Shown here: in pieces, positions 27,844-36,958 of the stretch
How positions within the stretch are numbered: position 1 is the stretch's first letter
Layout of the letters: each line of letters begins with the position of its first letter
NCBI GenBank assembly: GCA_963627985.1
Contig: CAVGDP010000017.1
Span: 1-41,957 of the forward strand
Length of the DNA: 41,957 nt
DNA from: an uncultured Eubacteriales bacterium
Lineage (GTDB): Bacteria > Bacteroidota > Bacteroidia > Bacteroidales > P3
Reading direction: 5' to 3'
The notes under the pieces: model-generated
What the model was told of the DNA's origin: nothing
Database searches by the model: none
What the model saw: only the letters and a program-made list of their open reading frames with translations
Position numbers and translations under genes: made by a program

Positions 27844-27936
27844 TATAATCAAATTATCACAGAGGTAGGAGTTTTTTCTATTTTTTGCTAAAAAACAATT
27901 CTCAAAAATACACATACAAGGAAAATAGAATATTTT
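27844..27936 (+). repeat. conserved 3' module of the array element (copy 2)
   Basis: TATAATCAAAT (27844), TCTCAAAAATACA (27900) and AAATAGAATATTTT (27923) lie at offsets 0/56/79, identical to copy 1. Confidence 0.65.
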
Positions 27937-28040
27937 GTGGCAATGAAATAATATAAGATTTGTGTGTTTGGACTAAATAAGTTTCTAAATGGAAGCAAAC
28001 AAGTCTATTCTTTACAGATAGAGTGTTATATTTGTGAGTA

Positions 28041-28080
28041 GAAAAAAGTCAGGTATTCACTTTTGATATGAATACCCGAC
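28041..28080 (-). terminator. rho-independent terminator of rpsA
   Basis: The minus strand reads GTCGGGTATTCA-loop-TGAATACCTGAC (one G-U) followed by TTTTTTCT, 25 nt after the stop. Confidence 0.75.
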
Positions 28081-28104
28081 AATATTTAGATATAGAACGA
28101 AAAT

Positions 28105-29898
28105 TTAGTTTTCTTTCTTTTCCATCTCTTCTTTTAATGAAGCCAAAACGTCCAAATCACCGAGAGTAGTTTTCTCTAAGTTTTGATTGATTTGTTTCAT
28201 AACGTTACCTTCTTTTCTTGGTTTGTTTTCGTCTTCTTGTTTCCAAGTTTTAGTGTGAGAAAGAACGATACGTTTTGCTTCTTTTTGGAATTCTATTACC
28301 TTAAATGAAAGTTTTTCATCTACTTTTGGCATAGTCTTGTCCTCTTTTTGCATTTGACCTTTTGGACAGAAACCTTCTATTCCGTATGGTAAATTAACAA
28401 CTGCACCACTCTTTTCATTAACACTTGTTATAGTGCCTTCGTGAACAGAACCAACGGTAAAGATGGTCTCGAAGACGTCCCAAGGATTTTCTTCTAATTG
28501 TTTGTGTCCCAAAGATAATCTTCTGTTTTCAGGATCTATGCTAAGAACAACAACATCTAACTTCTCGCCAATTTTTGTAAATTCAGCAGGGTGTTTAATT
28601 TTCTTATTCCAAGACAAATCAGAGATATGAATCAAACCATCTACGCCTTCTTCTAATTCTACAAAGATACCGAAATTAGTAAAGTTGCGAACAGTTGCAG
28701 TGTGTTTGCTTTCAACAGGATATTTCTTATCAATATCTATCCAAGGATCAGGCATTAGCTGTTTCATTCCTAAAGACATCTTTCTCTCTTCTCTATCCAA
28801 GGTCAAGATTATTGCCTCTACTTCATCACCTACTTTCAAGAAATCTTGGGCAGTACGTAAGTGTTGGCTCCAACTCATTTCTGTTACGTGAATTAGACCT
28901 TCTACGCCAGGGATTATTTCTACGAATGCACCGTAATCTGCTATCACAACAACTTTACCTTTAACCTTATCACCAACTTTTAAGTTTGGATCTAATTGAT
29001 CCCAAGGGTGAGCGGTAAGTTGTTTCAAACCAAGAGCGATTCTTTTCTTTGTCTCGTCAAAGTCTAAAATTACGACTTTTAGTTTTTGATCCAAATGAAC
29101 AATTTCTTCTGGTGAATTAATTCTACCCCAAGACAAATCCGTAATATGAATAAGTCCATCAACGCCACCTAAATCGATAAATACACCGTATGAAGTTATA
29201 TTCTTAACTATACCTTCTAATACTTGACCTTTTTCTAAATGAGACATAATCTCTATCTTTTGAGCCTCTATCTCATCTTCTATCAAAGCCTTATGAGATA
29301 CTACGATATTCTTGTATTCATTGTTGATTTTGATAATCTTAAATTCCATCGTCTTATCAACAAATACGTCGTAATCTCTTATAGGTTTTACGTCTATTTG
29401 CGAACCTGGTAAAAATGCTTCTATTCCAAAAACGTCTACAATTAGACCTCCTTTGGTTCTTGACTTAACGTAGCCTTTTATTATCTCTCCACTTTGGAAT
29501 GCTTCATTAACTCTACCCCAAGATTTTAGAATTCTTGCTTTCTTGTGGCTCAAAACCAATTGACCATTAGAATCTTCTTGATTCTCGATAAATACTTCAA
29601 CTTTGTCACCTATCTTCAAATCTGGGTTATAGCGAAATTCTGAAGCAGGTATAACGCCATCGGATTTGAAATCAATATTTACAACAACTTCTCTGTCGTT
29701 AATAGATACAACAGTGCCGTCTGCTAATTGATCATCTCCTATGCTACCGAATGTTTTGTCGTAAGCAGCTTGAAGTTTTTCCCTGTCTTCTTTGCTGTAA
29801 GTTTGTTTGGAATCAACCGAAGCCCAATCAAAATCTTGTAAAGGCTGAACGTCTTTTAAATCTCTCATATTGAGAATAAATTTGTTTGTTTTGTACAA
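28105..29898 (-). CDS. rpsA: 30S ribosomal protein S1
   Basis: Six S1/OB repeats are visible (for example GIVKNITSYGVFIDLGG, GKVVVIADYGAFVEI, ATVRNFTNFGIFVEL). The more likely start may be the internal ATG at 29868 (MRDLKDVQPLQDFDW). Confidence 0.96.
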   Translation of the reverse strand: MYKTNKFILNMRDLKDVQPLQDFDWASVDSKQTYSKEDREKLQAAYDKTFGSIGDDQLADGTVVSINDREVVVNIDFKSDGVIPASEFRYNPDLKIGDKVEVFIENQEDSNGQLVLSHKKARILKSWGRVNEAFQSGEIIKGYVKSRTKGGLIVDVFGIEAFLPGSQIDVKPIRDYDVFVDKTMEFKIIKINNEYKNIVVSHKALIEDEIEAQKIEIMSHLEKGQVLEGIVKNITSYGVFIDLGGVDGLIHITDLSWGRINSPEEIVHLDQKLKVVILDFDETKKRIALGLKQLTAHPWDQLDPNLKVGDKVKGKVVVIADYGAFVEIIPGVEGLIHVTEMSWSQHLRTAQDFLKVGDEVEAIILTLDREERKMSLGMKQLMPDPWIDIDKKYPVESKHTATVRNFTNFGIFVELEEGVDGLIHISDLSWNKKIKHPAEFTKIGEKLDVVVLSIDPENRRLSLGHKQLEENPWDVFETIFTVGSVHEGTITSVNEKSGAVVNLPYGIEGFCPKGQMQKEDKTMPKVDEKLSFKVIEFQKEAKRIVLSHTKTWKQEDENKPRKEGNVMKQINQNLEKTTLGDLDVLASLKEEMEKKEN

Positions 29899-29983
29899 TT
29901 CCCTGTTGAATTGAAAGATTAAACACTAAATTTTATTTATTCGCTTAATGATAACAGGCTCATTACTTGCGAATATCAGGGTG

Positions 29984-29991
29984 CAAAGATA
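29984..29991 (-). promoter_or_regulatory. TAnnTTTG -7 box for rpsA
   Basis: The minus strand reads TATCTTTG followed by CA, about 85-115 nt upstream of the candidate starts. Confidence 0.5.
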
Positions 29992-30129
29992 CAAAAATTT
30001 TCTATTCTACCAATATTTTTGCAGTTTTTTACTATTTTTAAGGTCATTTTTTGTTATTTCCTATTTAGTTTTCTTTCAACAAAAACTTTTTTAATACTAC
30101 CTCTTAAAACAATATCAGTATCCTTCGAA

Positions 30130-30276
30130 ATAAGTATTGATTTTATTTTAATAAGTATTGAAGTTATTTTGATAAGTACTTTATTTATTTTGATAAGTAC
30201 TTTATTTATTTTGATAAGTATTGAAGTTATTTTGATAAGTACTTTATTTATTTTGATAAGTATTGAAGTTATTTTG
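30130..30276 (-). repeat. 21-bp phased tandem array, 7 units of two interleaved subtypes, upstream of the rpsA promoter
   Basis: Plus-strand units are ATAAGTATTGATTTTATTTTA, then ATAAGTATTGAAGTTATTTTG (A) and ATAAGTACTTTATTTATTTTG (B) in the order A,B,B,A,B,A. The minus-strand reading of the first unit is TAAAATAAAATCAATACTTAT. Confidence 0.88.
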
Positions 30277-30565
30277 ACCAAGTGTGATATTATGAAAATG
30301 TTAGATTTTTAGAAATATGTTATTTCGCTATCTGCTGTTTTCTTACTTAAAGATAATACTTCAAAGAGAGACAATTTTGGAATGGAGTTTGTTTTTGGTC
30401 GCTCCGAACTACTAAAACTCTATTTCTTTATTCAATTTTAAAAGAGAATACGAAAGATTATTAAGCAAAGATGCTTGAAAATTATAGTAGAATAAAAATT
30501 CACCAAAACACAGATACGATTTATTTTATTTATTCTTATATGTAGACAATTATAAATAATTATAG

Positions 30566-30573
30566 TATCTTTG
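30566..30573 (+). promoter_or_regulatory. TAnnTTTG -7 box for the EamA transporter gene
   Basis: TATCTTTG followed by CA lies 22 nt upstream of the ATG at 30595. Confidence 0.5.
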
Positions 30574-30594
30574 CAAACTGAAAGTTAGAAAAGA

Positions 30595-31533
30595 ATGACA
30601 AAGAAAAAACTAAAAATATGGGGTTATATAGCAATAATTATTGCTGTTGTTTTGTGGGGAATGAGTTTTGTTTGGACTAAACAACTTTTGCAACTAAATT
30701 TTCCTGTCTTTACTATTATAATAGCACGATTGGTGATTGCGTCTATTGTTTTACTTCTGATATTCAAACCAAAAAATCAAATAGAACATATAGATAGGAA
30801 AGATTTTCTTTTGTTTATTCTCTTGGCTTTATGCGAACCGTTCTTGTATTTTATAGGTGAGAATTTTGGATTAGTATATGTTTCACCCTCTCTTACTGCG
30901 GCAATAATAGCATTAATTCCCATAGCGACAGCATTTGGATTGAATATATTTTATAAAGAAAAATTGAGAAAAAAAATATTCTTTGGTGCAATAATCTCTA
31001 CTATTGGTATAGTGATAATGAGTTTCTCTTCGGAGGGTTTTGTTATTGGTTGGCAAGGGTTATTATTGCTTTTGTTAGCAGTTATTTCGGCTACTGGTTA
31101 TGGTCTAATCTTGCAAAAAATATTAGCGAAAGGTTATGGACCTGTAACAATTACGACTTGGCAAAATATTATCTCTATAATATATTATTTACCTTGTTTT
31201 TTGATCGTTGATTGGGATAAATTACCTACGATAAATTGGTCTGCGCAAGCAATTTTTAATCTAATAGTATTAGGAGTCTTGTGCTCGGCAGTGGCTTTTG
31301 CTTTGTATTCTGCTTCTGCCAAAGTAATAAGTGTAGCAGGTGCGACAATATTTACTAACGTTATTCCCATCGTTACGCTTATTGTTAGTGTGGCAATAGG
31401 TTTGGAGGTGTTGAATATACAAAAAACAGTAGGGATATTAGTAGTTATAGGAGGGGTATTACTTAGTCAAATAACATATCAACACAAGAGTAAATTGAGA
31501 GGAGATAAAGAAATATCAAAATCTAATAAGTAG
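30595..31533 (+). CDS. DMT superfamily (EamA-type) transporter
   Basis: 312 aa with about ten TM helices arranged as two EamA-like halves. Confidence 0.82.
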   Translation: MTKKKLKIWGYIAIIIAVVLWGMSFVWTKQLLQLNFPVFTIIIARLVIASIVLLLIFKPKNQIEHIDRKDFLLFILLALCEPFLYFIGENFGLVYVSPSLTAAIIALIPIATAFGLNIFYKEKLRKKIFFGAIISTIGIVIMSFSSEGFVIGWQGLLLLLLAVISATGYGLILQKILAKGYGPVTITTWQNIISIIYYLPCFLIVDWDKLPTINWSAQAIFNLIVLGVLCSAVAFALYSASAKVISVAGATIFTNVIPIVTLIVSVAIGLEVLNIQKTVGILVVIGGVLLSQITYQHKSKLRGDKEISKSNK

Positions 31534-31551
31534 TTAAAAGAAACAAAAAAA

Positions 31552-32424
31552 ATGAAAGTCAAAATTGGTATGATACAAATGTCTTGTCAGAAAGATAAGA
31601 CGAAAAATATAGAGAAAGTAGTAGAAAATATAAAGGATTTGGCGAAAAGAGGAGCGAATATTATTTGTACTCAAGAGTTGTTTGCGTCTTTGTATTTCTG
31701 CGATGTAGAAGAGCACGATAATTTCTTATTAGCAGAACAAATACCAGGACCAACGACAGAAATTCTATCCAAATTAGCAAAACAATTAAATATAGTAATT
31801 ATTGCCTCAATGTTTGAAAAACAAATGGCGGGTTTGTATTATAATACTACGATAGTGATAGATGCTGATGGGACGTATTTAGGAAAATATCGCAAGATGC
31901 ATATACCAGATGACCCGGGTTATTATGAAAAATTCTATTTTACGCCAGGAGATTTGGGTTATAAGGTATTTGAGACCAAATTTGCTAAAATAGGTGTGCT
32001 TATTTGTTGGGATCAATGGTATCCGGAGGCTTCTCGGCTTACGGCTATGAAAGGAGCACAAATTATTTTCTATCCAACGGCGATTGGTTGGGCTACTTCG
32101 CAAGATGAACAGACAAATAAAGAGCAGTATATGGCATGGCAAACGATACAAAGGGGACATGCTATTGCTAATGGCGTACATACTGTTTCTATTAATAGAG
32201 TTGGACAAGAAGGAGATATGATGTTTTGGGGAGGAAGTTTTGTTTCTAACCCTTTTGGTACGATTTTGTATGAGGCTTCTCACACAAAAGAAGAAAATCA
32301 AATCATAGAAGTGGATTTATCTCAAACAGATTATTATCGTGTACATTGGCCATTTTTTAGAGATAGGAGAATAGATTCCTACAAAGATATTACACGAAAA
32401 TATATAGAAACAAAAGAAGAATAA
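31552..32424 (+). CDS. aguB: N-carbamoylputrescine amidase (carbon-nitrogen hydrolase family)
   Basis: 290 aa with CN-hydrolase Glu/Lys/Cys contexts CTQELF, YRKMHIP and VLICWDQWYPE. It is adjacent to agmatine deiminase. Confidence 0.86.
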   Translation: MKVKIGMIQMSCQKDKTKNIEKVVENIKDLAKRGANIICTQELFASLYFCDVEEHDNFLLAEQIPGPTTEILSKLAKQLNIVIIASMFEKQMAGLYYNTTIVIDADGTYLGKYRKMHIPDDPGYYEKFYFTPGDLGYKVFETKFAKIGVLICWDQWYPEASRLTAMKGAQIIFYPTAIGWATSQDEQTNKEQYMAWQTIQRGHAIANGVHTVSINRVGQEGDMMFWGGSFVSNPFGTILYEASHTKEENQIIEVDLSQTDYYRVHWPFFRDRRIDSYKDITRKYIETKEE

Positions 32425-32451
32425 TAACAAATATTTAAGTGATTATTGCTA

Positions 32452-33513
32452 ATGAAAAATATACAAATATACGATTCTAAACCAGTAGAAGAGAATTTCT
32501 TTTTTCCTGCAGAGTGGATAGAGCATCAAAGTACGTGGTTGTCTTATCCACATAACGAGAATTCGTGGCCGGGTAAGATAGAAAAGATTTTTCCTTACTA
32601 CAACGAGTTTATAAAACAATTAGCAAAAGACGAACAAGTTAATATAAATGTAGAAAATGAAAAGAAATCAAACCAAATAGACAAAGAGTTGTCCTTATTA
32701 GGTGTAAATATGAAAAATATTTGCTTTCATATCTTTCCAACTAATGATGCCTGGATAAGAGATCACGGTCCTGCGTTCGTAATAAATGATAACCAAAAGG
32801 CAATAGTTAATTGGAAATACAACGCTTGGGGAGAAAAGTATCCGTATGATAAAGATAATTTAATACCTCATAAGATTGCAGAGTGTTTATCATTAAAAGA
32901 GTTTGTGGCAGATATAATTATGGAAGGCGGAAGTGTAGATTTTAATGGCAAAGGAGATCTTATTACAACAGAAAGTTGTCTTTTGAATAAGAATCGTAAC
33001 AATAATCTAACGCAAACAGAAATAGAGCAACGCTTGTGTGATTATTACGGAGTGAATAATATTATCTGGCTAAAAGAAGGTATAGAGGGCGATGACACAG
33101 ACGGACATATAGACGATTTAACGCGTTTTGTGGATGCAAATACAGTTATTACGATGGTAAGTGATAACAAAAATAGTGCGGATTATGAAATTTTGCAGAC
33201 AAATCTTCGTTTACTAAAAAAGGCAAGACTACAAAATGGCAAACAAATTGATATAATAGAGATGCTTTTGCCACAAGATGTAATATATGAGGAACAAAAA
33301 TTGCCGGCTTCTTACGCTAACTTCTACATTGCTAATAAGAAGGTAATAGTTCCTTTGTATAAATGCGAAAATGATGATAAAGCGATGCAAATATTTGAAA
33401 AAGTTTTCGCAGATAGACAAGTTATCGGTATAGATTCTACTGATATTGTTTGGGGATTAGGTAGTTTTCATTGTTTATCTCAACAAGAGCCTCGTTTGAT
33501 AAGAAAAGAATAA
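32452..33513 (+). CDS. aguA: agmatine deiminase
   Basis: AWIRDHGP and the C-terminal catalytic-Cys context GSFHCLSQQ are present. The track start at 32446 is a TTG, and the ATG at 32452 (MKNIQIY) is preferred. Confidence 0.9.
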   Translation: MKNIQIYDSKPVEENFFFPAEWIEHQSTWLSYPHNENSWPGKIEKIFPYYNEFIKQLAKDEQVNINVENEKKSNQIDKELSLLGVNMKNICFHIFPTNDAWIRDHGPAFVINDNQKAIVNWKYNAWGEKYPYDKDNLIPHKIAECLSLKEFVADIIMEGGSVDFNGKGDLITTESCLLNKNRNNNLTQTEIEQRLCDYYGVNNIIWLKEGIEGDDTDGHIDDLTRFVDANTVITMVSDNKNSADYEILQTNLRLLKKARLQNGKQIDIIEMLLPQDVIYEEQKLPASYANFYIANKKVIVPLYKCENDDKAMQIFEKVFADRQVIGIDSTDIVWGLGSFHCLSQQEPRLIRKE

Positions 33514-33552
33514 AAAATATAGAAATAACAATAAAACAAAATAATAAAAAGG

Positions 33553-35277
33553 ATGAAAAAAGTAACATTTTTGTTAATTGCTTTGATTTTTGGAATAAAT
33601 CTTATAGCACAAAATACTTTCGAAAAGATGTATAATCAATCGGATGCAATACTTCCTTTGGGTAATGACTTCTTTTCGGTAAAGAAAGGTAGTAAATGGG
33701 CGGTTATGAAGAATAATGTAATGATACTTGATTATTATTATGATTCTATTGACGTATTAAGCGATGGTATTATTACATATATCAAAAATAATCAAGCAGG
33801 TTTTGCCGATACTTTGGGAAATATTATAACTTTGGCTATATATCCCTTGAATACTCCTTATATTCGTAGCGAAGAATCATTATTAAATGTATTTCAAAAG
33901 GGTAGTGCTTTGGTCTATGACAAAGATAAATTAATTCTTTTGAGCAAAGAGGGTACTCAAATCAATAATGAGGACTGTCAAATTATTTCTAAGGCGGATA
34001 ATGTAGTAATATTTAGAAATAAATCTGCATACGGCTTAATGGATGCCAAAGGAAATATAATTACACAGAATAAATATCGCAGAATTGAGACTGTTATAGC
34101 GGGTGAATTGTATGCTTATATCAAAAATATAGATAATAGAGATTATGTTGGCTTAATAGATAAGAACGGAGTTATAAAATCGGAGGCTCTTTACGATGAT
34201 ATGACAATTATTAGTAAAAATGATAAATTCTATATCAAAGCATTTGTTTCTTCTGGCAAACAAGCGTTGTTTGATAATGAAGGTAATCAAATTTTTTCTC
34301 CTTTGTATCAAAATATAGAGCCATTAAGCAAAGAAGATAACTATTTTATCTATACTGACAACGGACGTAAAGGTCTAATAGATAGAAATTATAACATTCG
34401 TATTAGTGCTTCTTACGATGATTTGAGACTTCTGTCCATTAAGAAGGATACTTTTGTGGTTGCAAAGAATGATAATATAACTTATATCGTTACTTTGGAT
34501 AATCAAATGGTAGATTTTCTCACTGGAGCCATAAAAGATTTTGTTTCATACACTAATAACGAGTTGATATACATAGCAGATAGTATGCTTAACTATGGTA
34601 TTCGTTCCAATAAGAGAGGTTGGTTGGTTGAACCCAAATATTTGGATATTTTTGCCGAATGTAAAGGTACTTATATCGTGCGTCAGAAGGATAAATGGGG
34701 AGGAATTGATATTAATGGAACAGAAAAAATCCCGTTTGAGTACAATAAAGTACGTGCCTCCAAAAGTAAATCTTGTATTGTCTTCTATGACGGCAAGAAG
34801 AATTCTATATTATTAAAAGAAAATGGTCAAAAAATGGAATTTACCAAAACTGATAATATTTTCCCTATGTCTAATTATGTGGAATACAAAACAAAAGGCA
34901 AGAGATATCGTTTATATTTTGATGGTAGAGAAATAAAAGGTAATTTTACTTTAATTGCTTCCGATAAGGATGGTATTCTGTGTGCTAAAACGAAAAAAGG
35001 ATGGTCTTACTTTGATAATAAAACCTATGAGAACCTAACTAATGAGTATTTTGATATGGCAACTTACTTTGATAAGGGTGTTGCGTACGTTGTTAAGGAT
35101 AAAAAATTATATCAAATAGATACTTCTTTTGCTATTATTCAAACTATTTTGGATGATAATTACATGGATCTGAATGATATCGCAAGTTCGTTGAGTGCGA
35201 TAGGTAAATTGAAGAAAAATTACATTATTCTAACCGATAAGAATAAGAAAAAAACTTTATTAAAGATAAATAATTAA
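33553..35277 (+). CDS. WG-repeat (KWG-type) containing secreted protein
   Basis: 574 aa with a signal peptide and repeated modules such as KKGSKWAVMKNN, SAYGLMDAKGNII, DYVGLIDKNGVI, KDKWGGIDINGTEKIPFEY and KKGWSYFDNKTYE. Confidence 0.8.
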   Translation: MKKVTFLLIALIFGINLIAQNTFEKMYNQSDAILPLGNDFFSVKKGSKWAVMKNNVMILDYYYDSIDVLSDGIITYIKNNQAGFADTLGNIITLAIYPLNTPYIRSEESLLNVFQKGSALVYDKDKLILLSKEGTQINNEDCQIISKADNVVIFRNKSAYGLMDAKGNIITQNKYRRIETVIAGELYAYIKNIDNRDYVGLIDKNGVIKSEALYDDMTIISKNDKFYIKAFVSSGKQALFDNEGNQIFSPLYQNIEPLSKEDNYFIYTDNGRKGLIDRNYNIRISASYDDLRLLSIKKDTFVVAKNDNITYIVTLDNQMVDFLTGAIKDFVSYTNNELIYIADSMLNYGIRSNKRGWLVEPKYLDIFAECKGTYIVRQKDKWGGIDINGTEKIPFEYNKVRASKSKSCIVFYDGKKNSILLKENGQKMEFTKTDNIFPMSNYVEYKTKGKRYRLYFDGREIKGNFTLIASDKDGILCAKTKKGWSYFDNKTYENLTNEYFDMATYFDKGVAYVVKDKKLYQIDTSFAIIQTILDDNYMDLNDIASSLSAIGKLKKNYIILTDKNKKKTLLKINN

Positions 35278-35282
35278 AAACA

Positions 35283-36449
35283 ATGAAAGTAATGAAAACA
35301 ACAAAAGTACAAATAATTATTCTATGTTTTGCCATAATGATACCTTGGTGTTTATCGGCACAAACATATAGGTCATATCCGTACAACAGTGGTAAGAATA
35401 TAACAGAGGGTACTGTTTATTATCTACCAAAAACGGATTTGGTTATCAAATTTCAAGTAAAGAAAACAACAAGAACGAAAGGTATTTATTCAGATAATGC
35501 TTATCTTTTGGGAATAGATAATTCTGCTCTAAAAAATAGTACAACGTATCAAATAGTTGGCGTTGATATTCAAGAGAAAACATCTGCCGATGCGGATAAA
35601 TGTTATATCTTGGAAACAGATAAGAATATTACCGTTGATAAGACTTCTATTGGTACATTAAGAAGTATTTTGCAAAAAAACGCTAAAGAACAAAATACAG
35701 GAAATAGTATTCAAAAGCCAAGAAAATGTTCTCAAAAGCAAGAGAATAGACCACCTGCTATGCCACCTACACTAAACAAAGAAGATAATAGTCTAATGGT
35801 AAGACCAACGTATGAAAAGATTTTGATGCAAGAAGGTTTGCTTACCAAATATCCACAAATGACTGCCGAGAAAGTAGTTGCCGAGATAAAAAGATTAAGA
35901 GATAAGCAATTAGAGATACTTACCGGTGCTATGGAGGGTACATATATGAATACGACCGTTGATTATATGTACAAACAAATAGACGAAATTATTTCTTCAT
36001 ATATTGCCTTGTTTACAGGTATAGAAAGCAGTACAATAGAAGAATATGTTTTTGTTATTACACCACAAAAACCTATAATATTAGAGGAAGATTTGGTAGT
36101 ACCTGTTTGTAAATTCTCTACCACACAAGGACTTATGGATTTGAATAGCAAACAAGAGGGTATAAGAATTAATGCTTCTATTCATTCATTTGTTTCGAGC
36201 GAGGAAAGCAATAAGATTAATTCTACCGAGTTTGTCTCCAAGAAACAAAAATCAAAAATTGAGAACGAGGGTGTTGGAGTTTATTATTTGAATCCGCAAA
36301 TGGTTAGGGTTACTTTGCAAGGTGCAGATATAATGACAACTTCCAAGATGGTTAATCTTATGCAATACGGCAATATAGGTTATACAACGTCTCATACTTC
36401 TAATATTCTGTTTGATAATCGCACATCGGAGATTATCAATATGTGGTAG
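35283..36449 (+). CDS. secreted hypothetical protein (resembles the Bacteroidales DUF4831 family from memory)
   Basis: 388 aa with a signal peptide and an N-terminal GTVYYLPKTDLVIKFQV segment. The family assignment is unverified. Confidence 0.6.
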   Translation: MKVMKTTKVQIIILCFAIMIPWCLSAQTYRSYPYNSGKNITEGTVYYLPKTDLVIKFQVKKTTRTKGIYSDNAYLLGIDNSALKNSTTYQIVGVDIQEKTSADADKCYILETDKNITVDKTSIGTLRSILQKNAKEQNTGNSIQKPRKCSQKQENRPPAMPPTLNKEDNSLMVRPTYEKILMQEGLLTKYPQMTAEKVVAEIKRLRDKQLEILTGAMEGTYMNTTVDYMYKQIDEIISSYIALFTGIESSTIEEYVFVITPQKPIILEEDLVVPVCKFSTTQGLMDLNSKQEGIRINASIHSFVSSEESNKINSTEFVSKKQKSKIENEGVGVYYLNPQMVRVTLQGADIMTTSKMVNLMQYGNIGYTTSHTSNILFDNRTSEIINMW

Positions 36450-36579
36450 TAGGGGATAAGTATATTGAATTACTACAATTTGTCTTAATAAAGGGATGAG
36501 TTGTAGTAATTTCTTTATTATTAGTAGTTAATAGGGTATGATAGTCTATGCGAATATTTATAGAAAGAGTAATTTTATC

Positions 36580-36789
36580 AAAATAAAATCACGAATCATT
36601 TGAATAGAATCAGATTTCATGAAAATAGAATCACATTTCATGAAAATAATATCAGTACTTATTAAAATAACTACGCTACTTATTAAAATAACTACGCTAC
36701 TTATCGAAATATCTTTTGAAGTTATTAGAATAAAATCAAAGATTATTAGGATGAAATCACATTTTATGAGAATAAAACGACATTTTGTT
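36580..36789 (+). repeat. 21-bp phased tandem array, 10 units with a conserved 5' half and variable core
   Basis: Ten consecutive 21-nt units run with no indel, and only one adjacent pair is near-identical (AAAATAACTACGCTACTTATT/C). The array is preceded by TTTATC. Confidence 0.85.
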
Positions 36790-36958
36790 TTGATAGAAGC
36801 GATTTTTCTTCTAAAATCTCTATAATTACTGTCCAGGAAATAGATTTCTGTGTTTTTGAGTAATATATTTAGTAATTGATATGCAGTTTTTTATACGCAA
36901 AAATAAGATTTGAGTAAAATAAATTGTCTAAAAATTTGTATAGTAACAAAAATGAATA

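Noticed and set aside
24900-28104. Search for an integrase, transposase, tRNA target or flanking direct repeats that would define the RM locus as a mobile island.
   Set aside because: None was found. The TAATATT repeats on one side have no counterpart on the other side, which instead carries a member of the 21-bp array family. Mobility cannot be supported.
30019-30312. Track ORFs across the arrays (97 aa plus strand, 75 aa minus strand here, and 68 aa at 36619-36825) that translate as Ile/Leu-rich heptad repeats such as ILISTLF and IKITTLL.
   Set aside because: They stay open only because 21 bp equals 7 codons in stop-poor repeat units. The equivalent frame in the 27625 array contains TAA in every unit, and no frame or strand is conserved among the six arrays. 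The peptides would be low-complexity hydrophobic strings. I treat them as non-coding repeats.
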